A DNA stretch of 25,353 bases, from NCBI GenBank assembly GCA_038894875.1, contig JAWAOK010000012.1, forward strand, positions 1 through 25,353, written 5' to 3'. Of this stretch, positions 1-7,905 are shown piece after piece (position 1 is the stretch's first letter; each line of letters begins with the position of its first letter). The notes under the pieces were generated by a model. The model ran no database searches. It worked only from the letters and a program-made list of their open reading frames with translations, and was not told the origin of the DNA. This DNA is from Candidatus Nezhaarchaeales archaeon (GTDB lineage: Archaea > Thermoproteota > Methanomethylicia > Nezhaarchaeales > B40-G2). A program made the translations under genes and the position numbers.

Positions 1-1
1 G

Positions 2-892
2 ATACTAATAGATGCAGGGGCGTCGCTGGGCTTGAGGCTCGGCCTCCTGCCACACCCGAGGGAGTACAGGGCCCTCGAGAGGGCCAGGGGGAGGATGAGG
101 CAGATGGCTGAGCGCTGCGAGGTCGTCACCGTCTCCCACTACCACTACGACCACTACACACCCGCTTGGAAGGAGCGTGAGTGGGTGCTGACGTGGAGCA
201 GCGCGGAGGATGCCGAGGCGGTGTATTCAGGGAAGGTCCTTCTAGTTAAGGATGAGAGGTCTAGGGTAAACATAAGTCAGCGCAGGAGGGGCTGGCTCTT
301 TAAGAGGGCGGCCTCCCTCATGGCCAGTAAGCTCGAGGTGGCTGATGGGAGGGAATTCGTGTTCAACAATACGAAGTTGCGCTTCTCCCCTCCGGTACCC
401 CACGGCGAGGAGGGCTCTGCGCTAGGCTACGTACTAATGCTCTGTGTAGAGCATGACGGTGAGAGGCTCGTGCACGCTCCGGACGTTCAAGGTCCAGTTA
501 GCCGCGAGGCCCTCGACTGGATCCTGGCCCAGGACCCCACCGTGGTGATTGTGGGAGGGCCGCCCATCTATCTAGAGGAGGGGAGAGTGGGCAGAGGCGT
601 CATAGAGAGGGGGGTGCGGGGGCTCGCCAAGCTAATCTCAGCAGTCCCGGCCGTCATCGTGGACCACCACGTCGTTCGCGCGCCTGAGTGGCGGTTGAGG
701 CTGGGCGAGATCCTCCCCCCTCTGAGGGGGGCCAGCCTCATGAGCGCAGCGGAGTGGGCGGGCCTGAGTGAGGAGGGGCTCGAGGCACGAAGGCGCCTAC
801 TCTACGAAGAGGAGCCGCCCGGCGAAGACTTCCTTAAATGGACTAGGCTTAGGCGAGAGGATAGGAGGAGGACCCCCCCTCCCCTCCCCTAG
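2..892 (+). CDS. UPF0282-family metallo-beta-lactamase-fold protein (5' partial)
   Basis: The frame is open from nt 2 (ILIDAGASLG precedes the TTG at 32), so the N-terminus lies outside the window. It has an SHYHYDHY motif and the general layout of archaeal UPF0282 beta-lactamase-fold proteins. Confidence 0.72.
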   Translation: MLIDAGASLGLRLGLLPHPREYRALERARGRMRQMAERCEVVTVSHYHYDHYTPAWKEREWVLTWSSAEDAEAVYSGKVLLVKDERSRVNISQRRRGWLFKRAASLMASKLEVADGREFVFNNTKLRFSPPVPHGEEGSALGYVLMLCVEHDGERLVHAPDVQGPVSREALDWILAQDPTVVIVGGPPIYLEEGRVGRGVIERGVRGLAKLISAVPAVIVDHHVVRAPEWRLRLGEILPPLRGASLMSAAEWAGLSEEGLEARRRLLYEEEPPGEDFLKWTRLRREDRRRTPPPLP

Positions 893-1284
893 CTCCTCCC
901 CTCGGAAGTATCCGGCAGCACGAAGCCACTGCGCCTAAGCTTACGAATCACCGACCTAATCTTGCTCGGCCTCTCATTAACCATCTTGGCTACATCAGCT
1001 ACTGATAACGAGGGGTTTTGCTGAAGGATCGAGAGCACCTTAAGCTCTAGGTCCCCCAGCAGCCTGGGGCCGATGAAGTATATAGCAGCTACGTAGTCTC
1101 CTGAGACCAAGGCGAAGGGTATCCTGCGCCCGTCTTCAACTATGGCGTCCCTAAGGAGGACGTTTAAGAGGTCCAGGTCTACCTCCTCTAAGTAACCGCG
1201 GAGTACCCTGCCGTCCACTAAGTGGACTTCGACTTGAGCCCCCCTCATCTCCTTTAGGCGTTCGAGTACCCCAGTCCCCTCCAA
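889..1284 (-). CDS. Sm-like (LSm) domain protein fused to a C-terminal winged-helix HTH
   Basis: TTG start. The N-terminal half has an Sm1/Sm2-like pattern (VEVHLVDGRVLRGYLEEVDLDLLNVLLRDA ... ALVSGDYVAAIY). The C-terminal half resembles an AsnC/MarR-type wHTH (LELKVLSILQQNPSLSVADVAKMVNERPSKIRSVIRKLRRSGFV). Confidence 0.6.
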   Translation of the reverse strand: MEGTGVLERLKEMRGAQVEVHLVDGRVLRGYLEEVDLDLLNVLLRDAIVEDGRRIPFALVSGDYVAAIYFIGPRLLGDLELKVLSILQQNPSLSVADVAKMVNERPSKIRSVIRKLRRSGFVLPDTSEGRS

Positions 1285-1327
1285 CCCCTCACCCTAGTAA
1301 GCTAGAGTTGCTCTAAACGTTTCATTT

Positions 1328-2812
1328 TTAAGCGTTGCCTTGCCGCGCGGAGGTCTTCGCCACCTCCTCCCAGTACTTGAGGTTCACGATACAACCTGGA
1401 TCTGGCGCTAGGTAGTCGTTGAAGTAGCCGTAGGCCCTGGCTCTGCAGCCGCCGCACACATACTTGTATTTACACGTGCCGCAGCCCCCCTTGAGTTTCT
1501 CGCGGTCCCTCAAATCCCAAAACACAGGATTAGTGTCCCACGTCTCCGAGAACTTGACCTCCCTCACGTTACTTACTGTCAGCGGAAAGAAGACGCAGGG
1601 CTGCACCCCTCCCTCGGCCCCTATGGCCGCGTAGCACCTGCCGGCCCCGCAGCCACCTACGAATTCGCTAAGCCCCTCGAGCCTCCCCTGAAGGGTCATG
1701 TTGTAAAAGTGAGTGGGCACCACCTTCACCTCCCCCTCCTCTGCCTGCAGGGCCACCCTTGCGAATTGAGGGGCTGTAGATAAGATGGGGAGGTCGGGGT
1801 CCCTCTTAAGCCTGTTCCACAGCTCCCGTAGAATATCTTCACGCTCAACGGGGGAGAGGTCGTTCTCGATAATGAAGCGCCCCCGCCCCGTCGGGACGAA
1901 GTTGAACATCATGAACCAGCTCACGCGTAGCTTTTTGCAGAGCTCTATGATGCCATTAAGCTCCTTCATATTGAGGCGAGTGACGGTAGTAGACACCTCC
2001 ACGAATAGGCCTTGATCCACAGAGTTCCTAATGCCCTCTAGGGTCCTCTCAAAGGCCCCCTCCACCCCCCTAAAGGAGTCATGGGTCGCGGGCGAGGCGC
2101 CGTCGAGGCTTATTTGGACGAAGCCCACTCCGGCCTCCTTGAGCCTCCTCGCAACCTCTTTAGTTATGAGCGTGCCGTTGGTGGCCACCGCTGGGAACAT
2201 CCCCCTCTCCCTCGTCTCCCTGACTAGGTCGAAGAAGTCTGGCCTTAGTAGGGGCTCGCCGCCGGAGAATGCTATCGTGGCGACGCCCATGTCGGCTAGG
2301 TCGTCAATGACCCTCACGGCCTCCTCAGTCGAGAGCTCCTTGGGTAATGGCCTGCCGGCCGTGCTGTAGCAATGCTTGCAACGCAAATTACACCTAGCTG
2401 TTATGTCCCAGACTATGAGGAAGGGGGCCCCCGGCGTAAAGGGCCTCCTGACCCCATACTTGACTATGCCACTAATGACGTCGAGCAGCCCCCTCCTCCA
2501 GTAGGGGTCCTTAAACTTCTCCTCCATTGCCTCCCTACTGGCTCCCAGGGCCGAGCCGCTGCGGACAACGATCTTAGACACTATGGGGGCTACAAAGCGC
2601 CTGCAAAGTAGGCAGGCGGAGTGTCGAGTGCCGCTAAATAACTCCAGGGCCACCTCGAGCCTCGACTTACCGTCCTTGCTACACTTCGAGAAGAACCTCT
2701 TTAGGAGCCACCTAGCCCAGCGGTTATCAATGTAGAACTTCAAAGCTTGAGCAGCACGCGCCGTGTCTAGGCCCATTGGAGTGCACTCCGTTGTGACAGG
2801 CCACCTAAGCAC
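1328..2812 (-). CDS. Radical SAM enzyme with C-terminal SPASM-type Cys-rich domain and about 125-aa N-terminal extension
   Basis: CNLRCKHCY (CxxxCxxC) cluster motif followed by GGEPLL. The C-terminal Cys set (GGCGAGRCY ... QPCVF ... GGCGTCKYKYVCGGCRARAY) is typical of SPASM/twitch domains. GTG start at 2812; an alternative ATG is 12 codons in, at 2776. Confidence 0.85.
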   Translation of the reverse strand: MLRWPVTTECTPMGLDTARAAQALKFYIDNRWARWLLKRFFSKCSKDGKSRLEVALELFSGTRHSACLLCRRFVAPIVSKIVVRSGSALGASREAMEEKFKDPYWRRGLLDVISGIVKYGVRRPFTPGAPFLIVWDITARCNLRCKHCYSTAGRPLPKELSTEEAVRVIDDLADMGVATIAFSGGEPLLRPDFFDLVRETRERGMFPAVATNGTLITKEVARRLKEAGVGFVQISLDGASPATHDSFRGVEGAFERTLEGIRNSVDQGLFVEVSTTVTRLNMKELNGIIELCKKLRVSWFMMFNFVPTGRGRFIIENDLSPVEREDILRELWNRLKRDPDLPILSTAPQFARVALQAEEGEVKVVPTHFYNMTLQGRLEGLSEFVGGCGAGRCYAAIGAEGGVQPCVFFPLTVSNVREVKFSETWDTNPVFWDLRDREKLKGGCGTCKYKYVCGGCRARAYGYFNDYLAPDPGCIVNLKYWEEVAKTSARQGNA

Positions 2813-2830
2813 TGGCCACTCCTAATATTC

Positions 2831-3772
2831 TTAACTGCTGCTGACCATACTAACTAGTTCGTCTTCGTTCCTCACCCTCTCGAGCTCCTCATAGGGCACT
2901 ACGCCCCCCTCTCCCGCTGAGTCTCCGTCCCTGACCACGATGAAACTAAGGCTATCGCTCACGTCAGCCAGGCTCCTCATCACCCTCAGCCTCCTCTTAA
3001 ATTGGTGGTCTAAGTGCCTCGCCACTTTTACGAGCAGGCGGCTCCGCCTCCCCCTGGCTATAATGTCGAAGGGGGCCCTCTTGAAGTGGAATACCTTAAA
3101 GCCCATCACCTTAAACTTTAGCGCCACCCCCCTCTCAAGAGGGTCCAGGGAGCCCCCCGGTCTATGCGTGTATGAGGCGTTGAGCGGCGCTGGGGCGAGG
3201 ATGTTAATGGGCACGGCCAACCCCTGTTCCAACACCTCCTCCATCCTAATGGCCACCTCCAGAGTTGAGTCCATCGACCCCCTCTCGTACTCATAGATGG
3301 CCCTCCTCGAGACTCCCACGAGCCTCGCTAAGCTGCCCAGCGATAGCTGCCTCCGCTCCCTCGCCTCCCTCAGCCTCCCCCCATCAATATTAACGTAGAA
3401 GCGCCCGAGCTTTGAATATACGAGCGGCCCCTCTCCGCGAATGGCCTTGCTCAACGTGGCCGGCGCCACGGCCCAAATCCCCATCTTATCGTAAGCCAAG
3501 TCCTCCTCAATGTCCTCGCCGCCCTTGCGGCTGGCTATTATTAGAGAGGTGGCTGAGAGGGCCGAGGCCATCCTCTTCAACTCGCGGCTTACTTCCTCCG
3601 GGACCTCGTCGAGCTCCTCGACTGCCTTAGTTATTAGCAGCGAAGAGCCCCTGCGGGCCATTAGGTCAAAGCTGGACCGCCTATCATTTAGCAGCACGGA
3701 GACCTTAAACCCCGACTCCTTAAGTATCCTAATGGACTCCCTTAGCACGGGGTTCTCCGCTCTGCCGGGCAT
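2831..3772 (-). CDS. Archaeal putative HTH-type (XRE/Cro-C1) transcriptional regulator
   Basis: Central XRE helix-turn-helix (RQLSLGSLARLVGVSRRAIYEYERG) flanked by N- and C-terminal domains. The length and layout match the conserved archaeal 'putative HTH-type transcriptional regulatory protein' family. Confidence 0.72.
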   Translation of the reverse strand: MPGRAENPVLRESIRILKESGFKVSVLLNDRRSSFDLMARRGSSLLITKAVEELDEVPEEVSRELKRMASALSATSLIIASRKGGEDIEEDLAYDKMGIWAVAPATLSKAIRGEGPLVYSKLGRFYVNIDGGRLREARERRQLSLGSLARLVGVSRRAIYEYERGSMDSTLEVAIRMEEVLEQGLAVPINILAPAPLNASYTHRPGGSLDPLERGVALKFKVMGFKVFHFKRAPFDIIARGRRSRLLVKVARHLDHQFKRRLRVMRSLADVSDSLSFIVVRDGDSAGEGGVVPYEELERVRNEDELVSMVSSS

Positions 3773-3824
3773 CGCCTTTAGTGTAAGTGGATTGAACTCT
3801 ATATTAAACGCTTCCCTCTCGACG

Positions 3825-4286
3825 CTACAAGCCCTCTAAGTCCATCAGGCCCTCTGCCGCAAATCCTATGACCGTCGAGGTGCGTAGCTTCCTCCTTAGC
3901 TCCTGCACTTCCGGGCGGTAGATGTAGAGCGGCACCTCCACATCGCTTAGCGCCACCTCCCTCCTAGATAGTAGCTTAAGCGCTAAGTACGCCTCAATCT
4001 TACCGCCACTTACGGAGAACACCCCGGGGCCTAGGTCCATCCTCCTGAGTAGGACTATGGGCAAGCGCAACTGGCTGTGCAACTCCTTGGGCAAGAGGCT
4101 GGCTATCATCTCCAGCTCAGCCCGGTCGAAGATTATCTCCCCCCCATCCCTCGCCTTCACGCAGGGATCGTCCATGGACAGGAGCTCCTCTAGAGTCTTA
4201 AACTCCTTAGGCAGGTGCTCGTTTATCCTCTCTACCTCATGCTTGAGTAGCGCCTTGAGGAACCTCTCCTCAACTCCGCGGAGCAA
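3825..4286 (-). CDS. UPF0216 (DUF61) family protein
   Basis: 153 aa, TTG start. The pattern ERINEHLPKE.KTLEELL ... DGGEIIFDRAELEMIASLLP ... LRLPIVLLR resembles archaeal UPF0216 proteins. It sits directly downstream of fibrillarin. Confidence 0.55.
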   Translation of the reverse strand: MLRGVEERFLKALLKHEVERINEHLPKEFKTLEELLSMDDPCVKARDGGEIIFDRAELEMIASLLPKELHSQLRLPIVLLRRMDLGPGVFSVSGGKIEAYLALKLLSRREVALSDVEVPLYIYRPEVQELRRKLRTSTVIGFAAEGLMDLEGL

Positions 4287-4289
4287 CCA

Positions 4290-4976
4290 CTACCCCTCGT
4301 AGCGGGAGAGTACCATGGCATGGTCCTCGTCGTACGGCTCTAGGTGAATTACCTGCTCCACCTTAAGCCCTCCGCGCTTCAGCGTCTCCAGCTCCCTACG
4401 ATACACCTCCGACGGCTCCTTAGATACATCGATACTCCTCGCCTTCACTGCCAGGAGCGCCCAGCCCCCCGGCTTTAAGAACATCTTGGCGTTATCGACG
4501 AGTATTTGCCCTTGCTCGGGCTGGGCCACGTCCTGGTATATCACATCCACGGCCTCAACCAAGTGGGCGTACGACTCTGGGCGGCGGGCGTCCCCTAGGA
4601 TGGCGACGACGTTCGGCCTACGCTCAGCCACTCTCGCTACGAACTCCCTCATAACCCTGGGGGCGAACTCCACGGCGAAGACCCTCCCCTCGAGACCAAC
4701 GATGTCCGAGACGTGGGAGCACGTAGTGCCGGAGGCCGCGCCTAAGTACAGGACCCTACACCCAGGCTTGATTGGGAAGGGGCGCAGGTCCTTTAAGATC
4801 CCGGCCGCCAGCTTAGAGCGGTACGGGTTCCACGTCCTGTACTCCTTGCCGTCTTTCCGCAGGAGCTCCTCGTCGTACACCCTGACCCCTGGGGCCAAGC
4901 TCAGCGTCGCTAGCCTCCTCCCAAGCTCGTCAGCCACCCAGTAAATCGCCTCGTACTCGTGCCTCTCTATGAGCAT
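4290..4976 (-). CDS. flpA: Fibrillarin-like rRNA/tRNA 2'-O-methyltransferase
   Basis: YRTWNPYRSKLAA and VLYLGAASGTTCSHVSDIVG (SAM-binding motif). Size and position next to nop5 fit. Confidence 0.95.
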   Translation of the reverse strand: MLIERHEYEAIYWVADELGRRLATLSLAPGVRVYDEELLRKDGKEYRTWNPYRSKLAAGILKDLRPFPIKPGCRVLYLGAASGTTCSHVSDIVGLEGRVFAVEFAPRVMREFVARVAERRPNVVAILGDARRPESYAHLVEAVDVIYQDVAQPEQGQILVDNAKMFLKPGGWALLAVKARSIDVSKEPSEVYRRELETLKRGGLKVEQVIHLEPYDEDHAMVLSRYEG

Positions 4977-5039
4977 CGCTCACCACTTAAGGATGCAGGG
5001 GGCGCGGGCATATAAAGCCGACCAGCCCGCCGGGCGCCG

Positions 5040-6254
5040 CTACCTCCTCTTCGGCTTGGGCCTTGCCTCAGGCCTCTTTGGCGCCGGCTTGGCCGGGGGC
5101 TTGGCATACTTCTCCTTGATCTCCTTGATCCTAGCCTCCAAGTCCCCCTTGAGCTCGTCAGCTATGTACTCCCCGGTAAAGTAGTCGACGCGCGCCGCTA
5201 TCGAGAGCTTTCCTGCAAGCGCCCTCGCTATCTTCCCTCGCTGCCATCGCGGGGCCCTATGTACCTCGGGGCACTGGAAGATTATGCCGTGCTTAGGAGG
5301 CTTCGTGCCCGTCCTAAGGGACCTAAAGAGCGCCTTCTCAGCGCCGAGGAGCTGTACTGTACTTGAGGGGAGCTTGGCTAGCTTTTCGAGCCCTCCAGCT
5401 AGCGCTATTAGCCGTGCGGCTATGAGTGGCCCCACGAGGCCCTTTAAGTTAGGCGCCACGTAATCCATCGCTGAAGATATGTAGAGCTCTAGGGCCCTCC
5501 TCAGGGCGTAGAGGGAGAGGACTGCGTTGGCCAGGTCGCTTATGGGCTTGATTCCAGCCTCGTCTAAGTCAGCGCCGAGCGAAGTGGCTGAGGCCTTGAG
5601 CAGGGAGGAAATCTTGTCAGCAGGTAGGCCTATCGACTTTAGCTTATCCTCGCTAGCCCAGCCCCGTAGCCCCACCTTGGACACTAGCTTAATGAAGGAC
5701 TCGTGATCGCTCAGGATCGAGTTGGCCTCGGGGAAATGATAGCCGTACCACTCCCTTACGCGTGATGTGAGTAAGTTTATGACTCGATCCAGCTCGTCTA
5801 GCGCCGTTATTGCTTGGGCTACGAAGAGGTCCTGCTTCTCCACAGCCCTCTTAAGCCTCAGCCTGGCTAGGCATAAGGATACTTCATGAATGAGCGATGA
5901 GTACTCTTCCTCAGAGGGCACCACTCCCAACTCCACGGCCAGCTTGCTCAACTTCGCCCTCACTGCCCTGGCCGCTGGACTCGGCGCAGAGACTGAGGCC
6001 GCGATGCCAAGCGCCCTCGCTATGGACTTAGCGAGCTCCCCGCTCTCGACTACCAGCTTCGTGAACCCCCTCCTCCTCGCCTCCTCACAAACCTCCTTTA
6101 GGTCCTCAATCACTTCGCCGCGCTCGAGGGCCAGAACTTTCTCAGCCATGGATTGGGGGGCGCCCTCAAACCTCTTGGCGTGAAGCACCCTCCCCTCTTC
6201 GTCGCAGAGGAGTATGCCGAAGAACTCAGGGACTAAGTATGCCACCCCGCTCAA
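5040..6254 (-). CDS. nop5: Nop5 (Nop56/58) C/D box sRNP core protein
   Basis: Nop domain signature (AEKALFRSLRTGTKPPKHGIIFQCPEVH ... GKIARALAGKLSIAARVD) and a basic Lys/Pro-rich tail. It sits upstream of flpA as in most archaea. Start is TTG at 6254 or GTG at 6245. Confidence 0.93.
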   Translation of the reverse strand: MSGVAYLVPEFFGILLCDEEGRVLHAKRFEGAPQSMAEKVLALERGEVIEDLKEVCEEARRRGFTKLVVESGELAKSIARALGIAASVSAPSPAARAVRAKLSKLAVELGVVPSEEEYSSLIHEVSLCLARLRLKRAVEKQDLFVAQAITALDELDRVINLLTSRVREWYGYHFPEANSILSDHESFIKLVSKVGLRGWASEDKLKSIGLPADKISSLLKASATSLGADLDEAGIKPISDLANAVLSLYALRRALELYISSAMDYVAPNLKGLVGPLIAARLIALAGGLEKLAKLPSSTVQLLGAEKALFRSLRTGTKPPKHGIIFQCPEVHRAPRWQRGKIARALAGKLSIAARVDYFTGEYIADELKGDLEARIKEIKEKYAKPPAKPAPKRPEARPKPKRR

Positions 6255-6349
6255 TTTCGCGCCCCCTCAGGAAGAGAGTAGGGAGCGGAAGCAATAATTA
6301 AGAATGCCTCCAGGCGCGGCACTGGGGCGCGGGCTTGGCGCACCTAGCG

Positions 6350-7075
6350 CTAGCCCCCCTCCAGGCTGCCGCACACAGGGCAGTCCGGCCTCTTCTCCAC
6401 GCGCACCTCTTGAAAGGTCATGTAGAGGCCGTCAAATACCAAGAGCCTGCCCACGAGGGGCTCGCCCATGCCGGTTATGAGCTTAATAACCTCCATAACC
6501 TCAATGAGTGCTGCGATGCCCGGCGCGGCCCCGAGCACAGGGAGGGTGGCGGGCTCGGGCGGATCGGAGGGTACTAGGCAGCGGAGGCAGGGCCCCTTGC
6601 CTGGGACTATGGTCATCACCCTACCCTCAAAGCCACGCACACCGGCATAAATGTACGGTTTGAGGACCCTCACGCAGGCCTCATTTATCAAGAACCTGGT
6701 TTTGAAGTTATCTAGGCCGTCTAGGACCAAGTCCACCTTCGCCACTAGGCTCTGCACGTTCCCTTCGTCGATCCTTAAGGGCACCTCCTCCACCTCAACC
6801 TCCGGGTTAAGCTTACGCAGCTTCTCAGAAGCCGAGCGCACCTTTAGCTTGCCTACGTCCTCAGTCCAGTGGAGCACTTGTCTATTTAGGTTGCTAAGCT
6901 CTACGGTCTCGTGGTCGACTAACACCAGCCTCCCCACTCCAGCGGCCGCTAAGTACGTGGCGGCTGCGCAGCCCAGCCCCCCGAGGCCTGCTACCATTAC
7001 CGACGAGGACCTGAGCTTAGCCTGAGCCTCTGGGCCGAAGCCAGGTATGCGCAACTGCCTATCGTAACGCTCCAA
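6350..7075 (-). CDS. E1-like adenylyltransferase of the MoeB/ThiF/HesA family
   Basis: RYDRQLRIPGFG, GLGGLGCAAATYLAAAGVG (nucleotide-binding loop), LNRQ, and two CxxC pairs (CLRC, CPVC) as in the MoeB/ThiF zinc site. TTG start. Confidence 0.9.
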   Translation of the reverse strand: MERYDRQLRIPGFGPEAQAKLRSSSVMVAGLGGLGCAAATYLAAAGVGRLVLVDHETVELSNLNRQVLHWTEDVGKLKVRSASEKLRKLNPEVEVEEVPLRIDEGNVQSLVAKVDLVLDGLDNFKTRFLINEACVRVLKPYIYAGVRGFEGRVMTIVPGKGPCLRCLVPSDPPEPATLPVLGAAPGIAALIEVMEVIKLITGMGEPLVGRLLVFDGLYMTFQEVRVEKRPDCPVCGSLEGG

Positions 7076-7560
7076 CTCACCTCACTCAACGTCAGCTTAA
7101 GGACGCGCCACCCCCTTTTTAGCGCCATTCTTATTTAGCGCTAACGGGGGCAAGGCTCAGCTCCTCTACGGTCTGGGGCGGCGAGAGTAACCTTAGCTTG
7201 AGCGTCGCTAGAGAGCTTGTAGGTGGAGTCTCAAGCCCCCTTGCAGGTTTGAGAGCCCGGAAGGCTGCAACGTAATTACGTCCGGGCCTGAAGGTAGATG
7301 CTTTAGCGCTCGATGCGGACGAGCTTTTGCCAGCCCCAAACTATGAGCCCAGCTCAAGGCGGAGGCTGGGCTCGACGGTAAGCGATACGCTTCGCATGGA
7401 GCGAGCAAGCCATGAGCTTGGGCCCATTGACTGAAGGCGCCCGCGCACTAACTCAGCAGCACTGCAAACGCCTAAACGCTAAGGGAGGGGATGAAAGCTT
7501 TATTACTAAGTTAAAAAGTCACTACTACACACCGAGACTGTTGCATAATGTGGGCGCGGC

Positions 7561-7863
7561 TTGGGGGGTTGCTTGAAAGTCACGGTAGTCCTCAGCGATG
7601 CGTATAAGGAGGCCGTTGGAGTGAAGGAGCTCGTTGAAGAGCTGCCAGAGGGCTCTAGGGTGAAGGACCTAGTGGACAGACTGGCCCTAAAGTACGGAGA
7701 GCCATTTAAAGCCATTGCCAACCCAAGCGAGGAGGGGTGGGTCAGTCGCGACGTCATAGTCATGGTCAACTCAGCGATAGTCCGCAAGCTGAGCCACGAA
7801 CTAAGGGACGGAGACAGGGTGTTCATAGCGGACCTAATCGAGGTCTCTTTAGCCGGTGGGTGA
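7561..7863 (+). CDS. MoaD/ThiS-like beta-grasp small protein ending in Gly-Gly (SAMP/Urm1-like candidate)
   Basis: 96-100 aa. The pattern KVTVVL ... ELPEGSRVKDLVDRL ... VMVNSAIV ... LRDGDRVFI is typical of MoaD/ThiS. The last codons are GGT GGG TGA, giving a C-terminal -AGG. Start is TTG at 7561, or more likely TTG at 7573 (MKVTVVL). Confidence 0.72.
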   Translation: MGGCLKVTVVLSDAYKEAVGVKELVEELPEGSRVKDLVDRLALKYGEPFKAIANPSEEGWVSRDVIVMVNSAIVRKLSHELRDGDRVFIADLIEVSLAGG

Positions 7864-7905
7864 GGGGAAGGTTTAAGAGCCCATGCATTCATAGGGCTGA
7901 GCGAA

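Noticed and set aside
889-892. Convergent UPF0282 and Sm-wHTH genes share the palindromic tetranucleotide CTAG as overlapping stop codons
   Set aside because: It is real in the sequence, but it is a trivial consequence of tight packing and has no functional implication I can support.
1785-2611. Plus-strand ORFs at 1785-2015, 2031-2369 and 2372-2611, and similar antisense ORFs throughout the track (e.g. 2940-3296, 4486-4944, 5890-6183, 6651-7025, 13326-13700, 18266-18700, 19830-20210, 22527-22856, 23062-23517)
   Set aside because: All lie fully inside, and antisense or out of frame to, genes with clear family signatures. Their Ser/Leu/Pro/Thr-rich composition is what the complement of GC-rich, AGG/GAG/CTC-biased coding sequence produces.
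6350-6358. The E1-like protein itself also ends in Gly-Gly (-SLEGG)
   Set aside because: The C-terminus follows the zinc-site CPVCG motif and has no beta-grasp domain, so this is most likely coincidence.
7253-7271. SRP (7S) RNA helix 8-like motif GAGCCCGGAAGGCTGCAAC
   Set aside because: About 15 of 19 positions match the archaeal consensus as I remember it. However, the bases flanking GGAA do not form the expected 3-bp stem (CCC vs GGC), and the conserved AGCA side of the symmetric loop reads TGCA. The motif also lies only about 110 nt from any plausible 5' end and precedes the helix 6-like GGAG hairpin, which is the wrong order. I kept it only as a hint inside the candidate-ncRNA finding.
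7208-7408. 66-aa minus-strand ORF in the E1/Ubl spacer, and the 139-aa ORF at 7506-7925 antisense to the Ubl gene
   Set aside because: Ser/Leu/Pro/Ala-rich with no motifs. The 139-aa ORF is a shadow frame of the well-supported Ubl and rps19 genes.
7076-7560. RNase P RNA in the E1/Ubl spacer, and likewise in 14545-14902
   Set aside because: The presence of rnp1 suggests a standard RNase P RNA exists somewhere in this genome. I could not find the universal CR-I (GAGGAAAGTCC) or CR-V (ACAGAA.CCGGCTTA) motifs on either strand. Only weak look-alikes are present (GGAGTCTC at 7225-7232 with GAGACT at 7534-7539; GAAAAGTATGG at 14711-14721).
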